Below are positions 54,931 to 64,000 of a stretch of 64,000 nt of DNA, piece after piece (the stretch's first letter is position 1; each line of letters begins with the position of its first letter). The stretch is from an uncultured delta proteobacterium (GTDB taxonomy: Bacteria; Myxococcota_A; Polyangia; Polyangiales; Houyiibacteriaceae): assembly GCA_963699755.1 (NCBI GenBank), contig CAVOVB010000002.1, forward strand, positions 64,001-128,000, given 5' to 3'. The position numbers were made by a program, and so were the translations under genes. The notes beneath the pieces are model-generated. The model did no database searches. It worked only from the letters and a program-made list of their open reading frames with translations, and had not been told where the DNA came from.

Positions 54931-57302
54931 CTCGAGCTCCGCGCAGTGAGTGTCAGCGCCGCGGGGGCGAGAACGAACGAGGCGAGGACGCCAATCACTG
55001 CCGTGAGACCGATGACGTGAAGCGCGGGATAGCTGGAAAGGCTCAGCAGGCCGAAGCCTAGGACGGTAGACGCGCAGGCCACGACGATGCTCAAGAGCGC
55101 GGCAGATCGATCGACCTCCCCTGTCATGTCCGCATCGACGAGAAACACCCCGTAGTCTACGCCAACACTGACGACCACGAGAAGCGCCGTCAGAGAGACC
55201 AGATCGAGGCCGAGACCGGCAAATGTCAGAATCGAAACCGTCACCGCAGCGGCGAGCAAGGACGGAAAGAAAGCCGCTAGCACCTTTCGAATGTTACGGT
55301 ATCTCAGCGCCAGCATGAGCAGCACCCCTACCAGGCCGAACGAGATGAGCTCGAGGGTACGATTCTGATAAGCGCGATTGGCCTCGTGCATCATCTGCGC
55401 CTGATCGATCAGTCGCGCCCCCGGGATCGCTGCCAAGCGTTTCTCGAGCGCCGCCCGATCGCGCACATCATGAAGGAAGCTGAGCCAGCCGACCCTGCCG
55501 TCGAGCTCGATTCGAAACTTCTGGACGAGCGATGCGAGCGGGGAGCCCAGCAGATCATCGAAGCGGAGGGGCGGGGCAAGGGGGGCATTCAAATCGTCCC
55601 CGAAGGGAGCGAGCGCCGCCGGCTCTACGCCAGCGTCTGCAAAGGCCTCAGACAGCCTCTTCCAAAGGGCAGGCGATTCACGGAATGCCTGCGCCACTTC
55701 TGTTTGTTTGCGGGCGCTCGGAAGGAGGACGCCCATCGACTGGTAGCCTGCGACCTCACCCGCGCCCTGCGCATGGGCAAGCGCTGACAGTACCGCGTCA
55801 TTCACCTGGAGCGCACGTTCGTCGTCAGCACCAAGCGCCAGGACGAAACGCATCTGCTCGAGTCGGGTCACCTTGGCGCGAACGAGCGAGTCCTCCATGA
55901 AGAGGTCGGGGTCGACCCGGTTGAGGCTCGTGAAATCGTCGTTCCAGTGCGCCTTCGAGAGCCCGACGATGGCAATCACCAGACTTGACACCACGATGAA
56001 CAGGGGAGCTGCTCGGTGCAAATGCAGCCAGCGGTATCCTCGAACCAATCGCTCGACGAGCCAGCGCCGAAACGCCACCGGGCGCGGCTTGCTTGGCATG
56101 AGCGATGGGATGACGAATCGGGTCGTCGCGAGGGCGGCCGCGATACCCGTCAAGGAGAAGAGCCCTACTTCGCGCAGACCCGGAAACGAAGAGGCGCTGA
56201 GGGCGGCAAAGCCGATCATGGTGGTGGCGGCGCCCGTCGCGAGCGCTTTCCAAATGCGACGGAGGGTCGCGTACGCACCATCCGGCGACGGGGCTACCGA
56301 CTGGTGGCAGTAGAAGTGGATGACGTAGTCGACGCAAACGCCGATCAATGAGGCGCCGAACGCGAGCGTGACACCATGAATCCGGCCAAAGACGGCTAGG
56401 ACGAGCGCACAGCCGGTCAAGACCCCCAGCCCGACGGCGATAGTGGCCAAGCCCACCAGTCGGAACCCACGAAACAGGATCCAAAGCAAGAGCCCCAAAC
56501 CCAAGCAGGAGAAGAGCGTGATTCGCTCGATGTCGGCGCGAATCGATTCCTCGGCACGAACCGCGAATCGGTTGATCCCGCTCTGTTGCAACTCCCTTGC
56601 TTCTGGCATCGTCGCCTCAAGCTCTTCAAACGCCGACTCGATGCCGCGTAGAAGCGGTCCTTGAATGCTCGAATCGAAGGCCGAAGCCCCAGTGGTGAGA
56701 AAGAGGACAGCGTCGGGGCCATTGGGCGTGAGGAAGCGGCCGTCGACGAGCCGAAGCTGGCGGCCCGCGGCCTGCTGGAAGCGGAGAAAAAGGTCGGGAA
56801 TGACCAGAAGCGGATCACTTGGCGCAAGCCGTGCGATCGCCGACGAGTCGGGATGCCGCAAGCGTCTCAGCAGGTCATCAGCCGAGGACCGCAGTGCTTC
56901 ATCGCTCCCGAGAGCGCGCGCCGCCTCCGGGTCGTCAGCGAGAAACCCAAATCGACGCCGATGGTACAGATCCCAGAGACTCCGCTCGAAGCCCTCCGGA
57001 GGGCCGCCCTCAATCGATTCGAGGTGCGGTCCCACGTCGGGGTGCTCCCGCAGGGCTGTTTCAAAGGCGCGAGATGCGGCCGAAGCGCTTTGATCGTCTT
57101 GCGCCACCAACACGAGCACCATGGTGCGGCTGAGCGGACCCTGGGCGATGGCCCTCGAGAACTCGGCGAGGCTTCGATCCTCCGCGCTCGGCAGGAACGC
57201 GGTAATGTCGGCCACGACCTCAAAGCGAGTCACCACGAACACCGCGAGAAGCGCCGCTACGAAGACAGCCGCGAACAGTCGTCGGTATCCGCCATCGGTC
57301 AT
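54927..57302 (-). CDS. MMPL/RND family exporter (aryl-polyene / xanthomonadin type)
   Basis: IHGVTLAFGASLIGVCVDY, SSFPGLREVG, SVGVDYGVF, TVLGFGLLSLS. Confidence 0.87.
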   Translation of the reverse strand: MTDGGYRRLFAAVFVAALLAVFVVTRFEVVADITAFLPSAEDRSLAEFSRAIAQGPLSRTMVLVLVAQDDQSASAASRAFETALREHPDVGPHLESIEGGPPEGFERSLWDLYHRRRFGFLADDPEAARALGSDEALRSSADDLLRRLRHPDSSAIARLAPSDPLLVIPDLFLRFQQAAGRQLRLVDGRFLTPNGPDAVLFLTTGASAFDSSIQGPLLRGIESAFEELEATMPEARELQQSGINRFAVRAEESIRADIERITLFSCLGLGLLLWILFRGFRLVGLATIAVGLGVLTGCALVLAVFGRIHGVTLAFGASLIGVCVDYVIHFYCHQSVAPSPDGAYATLRRIWKALATGAATTMIGFAALSASSFPGLREVGLFSLTGIAAALATTRFVIPSLMPSKPRPVAFRRWLVERLVRGYRWLHLHRAAPLFIVVSSLVIAIVGLSKAHWNDDFTSLNRVDPDLFMEDSLVRAKVTRLEQMRFVLALGADDERALQVNDAVLSALAHAQGAGEVAGYQSMGVLLPSARKQTEVAQAFRESPALWKRLSEAFADAGVEPAALAPFGDDLNAPLAPPLRFDDLLGSPLASLVQKFRIELDGRVGWLSFLHDVRDRAALEKRLAAIPGARLIDQAQMMHEANRAYQNRTLELISFGLVGVLLMLALRYRNIRKVLAAFFPSLLAAAVTVSILTFAGLGLDLVSLTALLVVVSVGVDYGVFLVDADMTGEVDRSAALLSIVVACASTVLGFGLLSLSSYPALHVIGLTAVIGVLASFVLAPAALTLTARSSS

Positions 57303-57943
57303 CGAGCTTCAATTCCGAACAGGGCTTTTCGTTCGGACGCATCGAATCGACGCTTCGGATCCACGTCTAGCATGCGGGTGATCGTCTCATCCCCGTTCGT
57401 ATCGAACACGTGGATCTGCGCGACCGAAAGCCCCCTTCCGCTGACCCCGACCATTTTGATGATCTCGGAGAGCGGCGAAACCTTGGGAGCGAGCTCCATT
57501 CGCCATCTCCCGTTCCCCTCGTCGGTAATGCGAATCTCGTACGCGGTGGTCAAGGCGTCCTTGTCTCCGGCCAGCAAGGAAACGAACGACGCCACGAACG
57601 ATCGAACATCCCGCCTGGCGCTCAAATCGATGACTTGCCGCGTCAATCCGTCGTCGACGGTCAGGGTCGTTGGCGTGATCAGGATCTGCGATGGCTGCGG
57701 CGAGACGATCTTTCGAAGGAGGTAGCCGGGAGGCACAAAGTACAATCGTCCCTCGCTCACGAGGGGAGCTTTGAGCAATTGCATTCGTTTCTCCTCGACA
57801 AACCTCGCTTCGAGCCCGTCCATCTTGGCAAACGCCGAGAGCAAGGTGTCGAGCTCAACCCGGCCCTGGGGCGACTGGGCGCTCGAGCTGGCGACTAGCG
57901 ACAGCACGACCAACGAGATCGCCAGTGCAAGACGCCACCTCAC
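57299..57943 (-). CDS. LolA-like periplasmic carrier
   Basis: Signal peptide, ARFVEEK..LLKAPLVSEG, WRMELAP, NGDETI. Confidence 0.8.
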   Translation of the reverse strand: MRWRLALAISLVVLSLVASSSAQSPQGRVELDTLLSAFAKMDGLEARFVEEKRMQLLKAPLVSEGRLYFVPPGYLLRKIVSPQPSQILITPTTLTVDDGLTRQVIDLSARRDVRSFVASFVSLLAGDKDALTTAYEIRITDEGNGRWRMELAPKVSPLSEIIKMVGVSGRGLSVAQIHVFDTNGDETITRMLDVDPKRRFDASERKALFGIEAR

Positions 57944-58392
57944 GGGAACGAATCGCCTTCGCCGGGAGGCTTCTCGGCGTGGTAGAGCGTGAGTTGGGCC
58001 GATGCGACAGGCTGCGAGCCACGGGAAACGTCACACTCATAGACGCTAATCTCTTCTCGTGCGCGGACTTCTCGAACCTCGACGAGCAATTCGTCGCCGA
58101 CGTGCAGCTTTGGTACTTCGATGTCCATGCGCCGACAACCGATGATCATTCCCACCCTGATGTCGTTCCCTCCACGAAACGCCGCGTAGCCGCAAGAAGC
58201 GGCCACCGCCTGGCCCATGTACTCGAGGGCAACGATGGTATCGACGGTTCCCTCGGATACGAAACGCATTCCGGGTGCAATCCGGATGCTGCAGCGAGCG
58301 CGTCCCGGCTCCCAATGGACCATCTCGTCGAGGAGCACCATCGGGCCATCGTGGGGAATGAGCTCGCGGATCGACGGATAGATCTCAGCCAT
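57940..58392 (-). CDS. Hotdog-fold 3-hydroxyacyl-ACP dehydratase (ApeP-like)
   Basis: LIPHDGPMVLLD, LEYMGQAVAA, GMIIGCR; start ATG 58392. Confidence 0.82.
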   Translation of the reverse strand: MAEIYPSIRELIPHDGPMVLLDEMVHWEPGRARCSIRIAPGMRFVSEGTVDTIVALEYMGQAVAASCGYAAFRGGNDIRVGMIIGCRRMDIEVPKLHVGDELLVEVREVRAREEISVYECDVSRGSQPVASAQLTLYHAEKPPGEGDSFP

Positions 58393-59173
58393 CGGCGACG
58401 AGAACCTCCATGCACCAGCCAGCGCCCCTGCCACGGTCGAGGGCAATGGTCCCTGACTTACCGGCCTCGATGGCACAAATCAAATCGAGGAGACCAACCT
58501 GAGGGTTTCTCGCGAGCATCGGCCGCAACTCCGGGCCAGTGAGAGTGGGAGCCACCTTGAATGGGCCTCGAAGCCGAACCGGGGTCCCGTCGTCATGGTC
58601 GCTCAGTGGAGCCAACGCAATCGCCATGGTCGCAAGCTCCCAAGCTTCGTCGTCCGGAACCAAGGCAGTTGGCGTGGGCTCTTCTCCGCAGACGACGACG
58701 ACCGGCTCGCCACGTTCGGCGATGAGCCCGATCGCCTCCATCAGCGCCATGGCAGGCGTATCGTGGTCAGCCCCGAGCGATGTCGTGAAGCCACGGTTCT
58801 TGGTCGCAATCGAGACGATGCCAGAGGCCGCATTGTGAACGCTCAAAGCAAAGGCCATTGGCGATGGCTCTTCGTGATCGCGCCACATCTGGTTGAGCAG
58901 CCCGAGCATGGTGCCAACCTCCCCGAGCGCAGAGCCAAACACGGCAGAGCCTTTGCCGAGCTCGACGCCGGCCGCGTCTGCCGCCTCGAAGTACGCTTCG
59001 GCCAGCGCCTTGGTGAGAACGCTCGATCGCCCACGCGCGCGGCGATCGAGCCGCGACCCGGTAGGCAACTCAGGCTCGTCGCTGGCCCTTCCGGCGCGCC
59101 AATCCGCCGCTGTGGGGAAACCCGGCATGAAGAGACCCACCCCAGCGACACCGACTTCGATCGATGACGTCAT
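58385..59173 (-). CDS. Beta-ketoacyl synthase chain-length factor (ApeC-like)
   Basis: VFGSALGE, SPMAFALSVHNAASG, ALMEA; no catalytic Cys. Confidence 0.8.
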   Translation of the reverse strand: MTSSIEVGVAGVGLFMPGFPTAADWRAGRASDEPELPTGSRLDRRARGRSSVLTKALAEAYFEAADAAGVELGKGSAVFGSALGEVGTMLGLLNQMWRDHEEPSPMAFALSVHNAASGIVSIATKNRGFTTSLGADHDTPAMALMEAIGLIAERGEPVVVVCGEEPTPTALVPDDEAWELATMAIALAPLSDHDDGTPVRLRGPFKVAPTLTGPELRPMLARNPQVGLLDLICAIEAGKSGTIALDRGRGAGWCMEVLVADG

Positions 59174-60345
59174 GCCGACCTCAAGAGAACGCTCACATTG
59201 TTTCCGCCGAACGCGAATGAATTGCTCAGCACTCTGCGAAAGCTCCCCTCCGTAGGTTCGGTTGCGATCTTGATGCTGATCCTCTCATCGACGGGTGAGG
59301 CCCCGAGAGACGCGGGAATCCAAGCATCGGTGAGCGCAAACGAGGCAAGCACCGCTTCGGTAGCTCCGGCCGCGCCCAAGGTGTGACCGGTGTACCCCTT
59401 CGTGGAAACGACCGGAACCTCGTTGCCGAAGATCTCCGATATCGCATTGGCTTCGGCGCCGTCGTTGTGTGGCGTGCCCGTGCCGTGCGCGTTGATGTGG
59501 TCGACCTCCGCTGGGCTGCAACCCGCTCGGTCGAGCGCGCGTTGCATCGCGAGCTGGGCACCCAACCCCTGCGGGTGCGGTGCGCTGATGTGATAGGCAT
59601 CAGAGCTTTCCCCGACCGATTCGAGCCATACGATGGGCTCGCCGCTTCGCTCGAGCAGGAGTAAGGCCCCGCCCTCCCCGATGCTGATCCCGTCACGCGC
59701 GCTCGAGAACGGCCGACAGGGCTTGGAGGAAAGCGCACCGAGCGCATTGAAGCCGCAGAGAGTCATCGCACAAAGCGTGTCGATTCCGCCGACGATCGCC
59801 GCGTCGATGAGCCCTGCGCCGATGAGCCGCTGCGCGCTGGCCAGCGGCTTTGCGCTCGAGGTGCAAGCCGTCGACACGACCCAGCCAGGGCCCTGAGCGC
59901 CGGTCAAGGCGCGCATGACGTGCAGGACGGCGCCATACGTATGTTGTCGCCAGAGGTCGTAATCTTCGGGCAGCTCGCCGGTTGCGAGGAAATGCTGAAA
60001 CGCCGATTCGGTCGTTTCGGCGCCGGCAGTGCTCGTGCCCAGAATCAGCGCGATTCGCTCCGGCCTCCAGCGCTCTCGAAGTGCCGCCAGCTCCAGTTCC
60101 AGATTGATGACGAGCTGCTTTGCGACGCGCGTCAGCCGCGTCGACCAGGGAGTGAGCGCGCCGTCGAGGCTGGGCAGCTCGACGCGGATCGCCCCCACGG
60201 CAGTCTCGAACGGCACCTTCACCGGCGAGGGCCCGAGTCTCGAATCCCCCGCGGCAAGGGCGTCGCGGACTTCGTCGCAGTTGCTTCCAAGCGCGTTGCT
60301 GAGTGTCATACCCGTGATGGCGACCGGCTCGACCCTAAGCGTCAA
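59170..60345 (-). CDS. Beta-ketoacyl-ACP synthase (aryl-polyene type)
   Basis: STACTSSAK, INAHGTGT, STKGYTGHTLGAAG, SNSFAFGGNN. Confidence 0.92.
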   Translation of the reverse strand: MTLRVEPVAITGMTLSNALGSNCDEVRDALAAGDSRLGPSPVKVPFETAVGAIRVELPSLDGALTPWSTRLTRVAKQLVINLELELAALRERWRPERIALILGTSTAGAETTESAFQHFLATGELPEDYDLWRQHTYGAVLHVMRALTGAQGPGWVVSTACTSSAKPLASAQRLIGAGLIDAAIVGGIDTLCAMTLCGFNALGALSSKPCRPFSSARDGISIGEGGALLLLERSGEPIVWLESVGESSDAYHISAPHPQGLGAQLAMQRALDRAGCSPAEVDHINAHGTGTPHNDGAEANAISEIFGNEVPVVSTKGYTGHTLGAAGATEAVLASFALTDAWIPASLGASPVDERISIKIATEPTEGSFRRVLSNSFAFGGNNVSVLLRSA

Positions 60346-60366
60346 TGCGATACTCGACTCTCTCGC

Positions 60367-61557
60367 TCAAAGTTGAATGCGCGAGCGGAACAACATGTCC
60401 CGGAACACGTTGCCCTCTCGCCAAACGTCTCCGGCGAGCATGCTCGTGATGCTGGCTCGAAGCTCGCCTTCCTCTGGTGAGTTGAGCACCACATTGTCGA
60501 TAAGACGTGTATTGTAGAAGCGGTGAATCAGCAAGGCGAAGGCGCGATAGCCTTCGTCCATCTTGGCCGATTCCTCGAGGTACAGATCCGCCTTCGCTTC
60601 ACTGCCCTCGTGCAGAGCCGGGGCGAGCCGTTCGACCAGTCCCTGAGCGCCGAGCAAGGCGAGACTCACCCCCGAAGAAAACACCGGATCGAGGAAGCAG
60701 GCGGCGTCTCCAATGCAAGCGTAGCGGGGGCCGCTCTTGGCATCATTGCGATAGCTGAAGCCGCTGACGAGCTGAGGCGGGGTCGCCTCTGTGCCGTGCG
60801 TGAGGCAGCGTAGGAGCGGAGACACCGCGATTTCGCGCCGTAGCGTGCGGCCCGAAATCCCCGGCTTTTTGGACACGAGCCCGACGCTGAGTCTCCGGCC
60901 AGGCAGGTGAATCACCCAGAGCCACCCGCCTTCGACCATCATGATGCGGATGTCGCTCCCCGGACCGATGACCTCCACCGCTTCGTCCGACAAGCCGCTG
61001 AAGTGCGCGTAGGCGGCGGCCTTTCCGAACTTGGAGTACGGGACCGTGGATTGTCGCAGCTTCGCGATGAAGCGATCCTGACCGCTGGCGTCGATGATGA
61101 AGCGCGCCCGCTCCGTGCCGTACGAGGTCTGTACCCATGCCGATTCGGCGTCGACTTCCATGTCGGTCACTGTCACTCCGTGGCGCACCAACGCTCCCCG
61201 AGCGGAAGCCCTGTCGCGAAGCATCGTATCGAAGCTAGCGCGGTCGACGTGCCAGGCATGACGCGGCGGGCCTTCGAGAGCGTCGGCGAAATCGAACGAG
61301 GATACGAGACCTGTCGACTCGCGCAGGAACTGCGCTCCTTGCTTGAACATGAACACGTCATCATCGGGCTCGATGCCCAGGTCCTCTAAGACCGTGAGGC
61401 CTGCCGGCAGCAGTGATTCGCCGATGTGGAATCGCGGGAACTCTTCTTTTTCGATAACCAGAACGTCGAAACCTTCGGCGGCAAGGAGCGCAGCGCTTGC
61501 CGATCCCGCGGGCCCTGACCCTACGACGATCACATCCCAAAGCCGCGATGCAGTCAT
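60367..61557 (-). CDS. Flavin-dependent halogenase-like oxidoreductase
   Basis: GSGPAG, FPRFHIGESLLP, FKQGA (conserved Lys), GWLWVI (WxWxI), IGDAACFLDPVFSSGV. Confidence 0.8.
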   Translation of the reverse strand: MTASRLWDVIVVGSGPAGSASAALLAAEGFDVLVIEKEEFPRFHIGESLLPAGLTVLEDLGIEPDDDVFMFKQGAQFLRESTGLVSSFDFADALEGPPRHAWHVDRASFDTMLRDRASARGALVRHGVTVTDMEVDAESAWVQTSYGTERARFIIDASGQDRFIAKLRQSTVPYSKFGKAAAYAHFSGLSDEAVEVIGPGSDIRIMMVEGGWLWVIHLPGRRLSVGLVSKKPGISGRTLRREIAVSPLLRCLTHGTEATPPQLVSGFSYRNDAKSGPRYACIGDAACFLDPVFSSGVSLALLGAQGLVERLAPALHEGSEAKADLYLEESAKMDEGYRAFALLIHRFYNTRLIDNVVLNSPEEGELRASITSMLAGDVWREGNVFRDMLFRSRIQL

Positions 61558-62291
61558 ACGAAACCTCCATCGACTCGGATGACTTGACCCGTGATGTAGC
61601 CCGCCCGGTCGCTTGCGAGGAAGCCGACCAGCGCCGCAACCTCTTCAGGCTTTCCGATACGGGCCGCGGGAATCATCTGCTTCACGACGAAGTCGGGCAC
61701 TTCTCGAATCATCTCCGTCTCGATGAGCCCGGGTGCGACGCAGTTGACCGTGATCTTTCGTTTCGCCAGCTCGATCGCGAGCGACTTCGTAGCTCCCACG
61801 ATGCCTGCTTTGGCGGCGGCGTAGTTGACCTGGCCGCGGTTTCCCCGAAGGCCCGAGATCGAGGAGAGGCTGATGATCCGTCCCCAACGTTGGCGGACCA
61901 TCGGCATGACGAGCGGATGCGTCACGTTGTAGAAACCGTCGAGCGTGGTGCGCGTCACCTGCGCCCATGCATCCCAGGACATGGCGGGAAACGGAGCATC
62001 GGCGGCGACGCCCGCATTGTTGACCAGGACGCCAATGGGGCGCGTGTCGTCGCCCAGCAGCGCTTCGATCGCGCTGGTCGATGCGTCACGGTCCCGCACG
62101 TCGAAACCGCAAAGGGTCGCTTCGCCACCGGACTCGCGGATCTCCGCTTGCACCGCTTCGGCCGCTGCCCGGTTCGCGCGAAAGTTCAGAATGACAGGAT
62201 GCCCCATCGAAGCCAGCTCTCGAGCGATCGCAGCGCCAATGCCGCGGCTGGCCCCCGTCACAAGAGCGCGTGGCCTCGGCTTCCCCATCAT
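61554..62291 (-). CDS. fabG: 3-oxoacyl-ACP reductase
   Basis: TGASRGIG, NNAG, GQVNYAAAK, VAPGLIETEM; ATG 62291 overlaps the upstream stop. Confidence 0.93.
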   Translation of the reverse strand: MMGKPRPRALVTGASRGIGAAIARELASMGHPVILNFRANRAAAEAVQAEIRESGGEATLCGFDVRDRDASTSAIEALLGDDTRPIGVLVNNAGVAADAPFPAMSWDAWAQVTRTTLDGFYNVTHPLVMPMVRQRWGRIISLSSISGLRGNRGQVNYAAAKAGIVGATKSLAIELAKRKITVNCVAPGLIETEMIREVPDFVVKQMIPAARIGKPEEVAALVGFLASDRAGYITGQVIRVDGGFV

Positions 62292-62719
62292 GACGCTTCC
62301 CCGAGAAGCTCGGCAGGCAGGCGCTCGAGAATCACCGAAGGAGTCTGCCTCAAGAGCTCTCCCTGGGCGTCGGTCGTTGCGATTTCGGTGTATGCCCGGG
62401 CGCTCTTTCGGCCGTACGTCAGGTTCGTGATCGTGTAGGCCACCCGGATCAGCGGGGTTGCCGCCGTGAACCAGGCCGTGACGCGCAAGTTGTCCCCATA
62501 GCCGAGCGGATACATGTAGCGGCAACGCACGTCGGTCATGTACATTCGGTAGCCCAGGCTGCGAATCTCGAGCACGTCTAGCTTCCGACTTCTCATCAGC
62601 TCTGCCCGAGCCATACCGAAGTACTCGAAGTAGCGCCCGTGCCAAACCACGAACAAGGGATCGCAAAAGTGAAAGGGTACGGTGGCTTCGATGCTGACGG
62701 CGTGCTCGTCGTGCTTCAT
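62288..62719 (-). CDS. Acyl-CoA/ACP thioesterase (4HBT/YbgC family)
   Basis: VPFHFCDPLFVVWHGRYFEYF..AR; ATG 62719 overlaps the upstream stop. Confidence 0.87.
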   Translation of the reverse strand: MKHDEHAVSIEATVPFHFCDPLFVVWHGRYFEYFGMARAELMRSRKLDVLEIRSLGYRMYMTDVRCRYMYPLGYGDNLRVTAWFTAATPLIRVAYTITNLTYGRKSARAYTEIATTDAQGELLRQTPSVILERLPAELLGEAS

Positions 62720-64000
62720 GTGAGCGCGTCCGAACCGTGGGGCAAAGAATGCCCTCGAACAAGCCCGAGCACCGCGGCGATGTCGACGTCCATGCGTCGG
62801 TCGGGCCCCAGTGTAGGAACGACCTCGCGCACGGCGGAGCGCATGGCGGAGGTGCGCTCGGAGAACTTCAAGGCGTCGTCGCGAAGATCGACGGCCTGAC
62901 AGCATGCAAGCGTCATCATCGCCGCCACCTGCTCGGTGATTTCGACGACCCGCGCAAGGTCGCGCGCCGCTAGGGTGGCCATCGGGACCTTATCCTGGTT
63001 GTGCTGCTCCGTGCTGCGACTGAATGCACTAGCCGGAATCGTCATCTTCAGCGCCTCGGCGGCCAAAGCCGATGCGGCAATGGTGACCGCCTTGAAGCCA
63101 TTGTGCGAGCAAGCCTGCGCTTCTTGGACACCGACCAGATTCGCCGGGAGCCCGTCGTTTTCCGCAGGGTTGCAGAGGAGCGTGAGTTGGCGGTCCAGGA
63201 GACAAGCGATGTTCGCCACCGCCACTTTGAGGGTGTCGCACGCGAATCCCACGTGGCCCCCGTAGAAGTTGCCTCCGTGAACCACCCTTCCGGCTTCGAG
63301 GTCGACGAGCGGGTTATCGCTGACGCCGTTGAGCTCCGTTTCGAGTGCGGCCTGACTCCAGCGCAGAGAGTCGAGCGCCACCCCGATGACGTGAGGGGCG
63401 CATCGAATCGAGTACCGGTCCTGGAGACGAGCGCCCGCCCGGGTCCCCGTACCGTCGTAGCCCAGGTCTTCGCGGATCCAGCGCGCTGCCAGGACCTGAC
63501 CGGGGTGCGGCTTCGCGTCGTGCACGAAGGCATCGAAATGGGAAGGATTGCCGTGGACGGCCTCGGAGCACATGGCCGTGAGGCAGGCAGCCAGACGGCT
63601 TAGCTGCCGGGCGCGCGCCCAGCCAAGGCAGGCAATGGCGGTTGCGACACTGGTGCCATTCATCAGCGCCAACACCTCGCGCGGACCAAGGGCCAGCGGA
63701 GCTTCGCCGATCGCCTCGAGCGCCTGGCTGGCCTCGACGACCTCGCCGTCGAATCGAACTTCGCGCTCGCCGACCAGCGCGGCGGCGACGTAGGAAAGCG
63801 GAGTGAGGTCGCCGCTCGCGCCCACCGAACCCTCCGAGGGAATGAGCGGCAGAACTCGATTCTCGAGAAAATCGATGAGGCGCTCGGCGACGACAGGCCG
63901 GACACCACTCTTCCCCTGGGACAAGGAAGACAAGCGCACCGCAAGGGCTGCCGCGGTCTGCTCCTCGCTCAAGAGCTGCCCCGTCCCGCAACCGTGCATG
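62716..64000 (-). CDS. Aromatic amino acid ammonia-lyase (HAL/TAL/PAL family), 5' end outside the window
   Basis: GSVGASGDLTPL (MIO-forming ASG), LALMNGT, QDRYSIRCAPH, DNPL, HGGNFYG, HNQDKV. Confidence 0.93.
   Translation of the reverse strand, partial: MHGCGTGQLLSEEQTAAALAVRLSSLSQGKSGVRPVVAERLIDFLENRVLPLIPSEGSVGASGDLTPLSYVAAALVGEREVRFDGEVVEASQALEAIGEAPLALGPREVLALMNGTSVATAIACLGWARARQLSRLAACLTAMCSEAVHGNPSHFDAFVHDAKPHPGQVLAARWIREDLGYDGTGTRAGARLQDRYSIRCAPHVIGVALDSLRWSQAALETELNGVSDNPLVDLEAGRVVHGGNFYGGHVGFACDTLKVAVANIACLLDRQLTLLCNPAENDGLPANLVGVQEAQACSHNGFKAVTIAASALAAEALKMTIPASAFSRSTEQHNQDKVPMATLAARDLARVVEITEQVAAMMTLACCQAVDLRDDALKFSERTSAMRSAVREVVPTLGPDRRMDVDIAAVLGLVRGHSLPHGSDALT

Noticed and set aside
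1..64000. CRISPR arrays, tRNA/rRNA, transposases, integrases, prophage genes
   Set aside because: No repeat-spacer periodicity, RNA gene signature or mobile-element motif seen; intergenic gaps are short

Overview
GC-rich bacterial window, probably from a Myxococcota-like organism (inferred from gene content). It has five blocks. (1) 1-3.5 kb: a eukaryote-type (GT3) glycogen synthase and gabD. (2) 3.5-25.6 kb: a surface polysaccharide/EPS locus with five GT4-type enzymes, a UDP-galactopyranose mutase-like flavoprotein, a methyltransferase, Wzy/WaaL, Wzz/Wzc-N, a degenerate CpsD-type ATPase, a GT2-priming transferase fusion, an ABC flippase and a DUF4832 hydrolase. It carries its own regulatory layer: an orphan sigma54 activator, five readable -24/-12 promoters, a recurrent GTTYC-N5-GGAAC-like palindrome in pairs exactly 31 bp apart in four upstream regions, a non-phosphorylatable STAS protein, and a full-length GlmS paralogue that has lost most key catalytic residues but kept the glutamine pocket. 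This candidate glutamine-sensing pseudoenzyme circuit is the most novel-looking system here. (3) 26-38.3 kb: korAB, a PFOR-derived protein and a permuted (B-D-I-K-E-C-A) V/A-ATPase with a Na+-type rotor. (4) 38.3-54.3 kb: a DUF2868/DUF3482 GTPase pair, AtuA, an adenylate cyclase / Ser-Thr kinase / LysM-FecR-barrel signalling trio, and small envelope genes. (5) 54.2-64 kb: the 3' part of an aryl-polyene-type cluster with a flavin-dependent halogenase-like gene and an MIO ammonia-lyase, cut by the window edge. No rRNA, tRNA, CRISPR array or transposase was recognised. All calls come from reading motifs by eye; no database searches were run.
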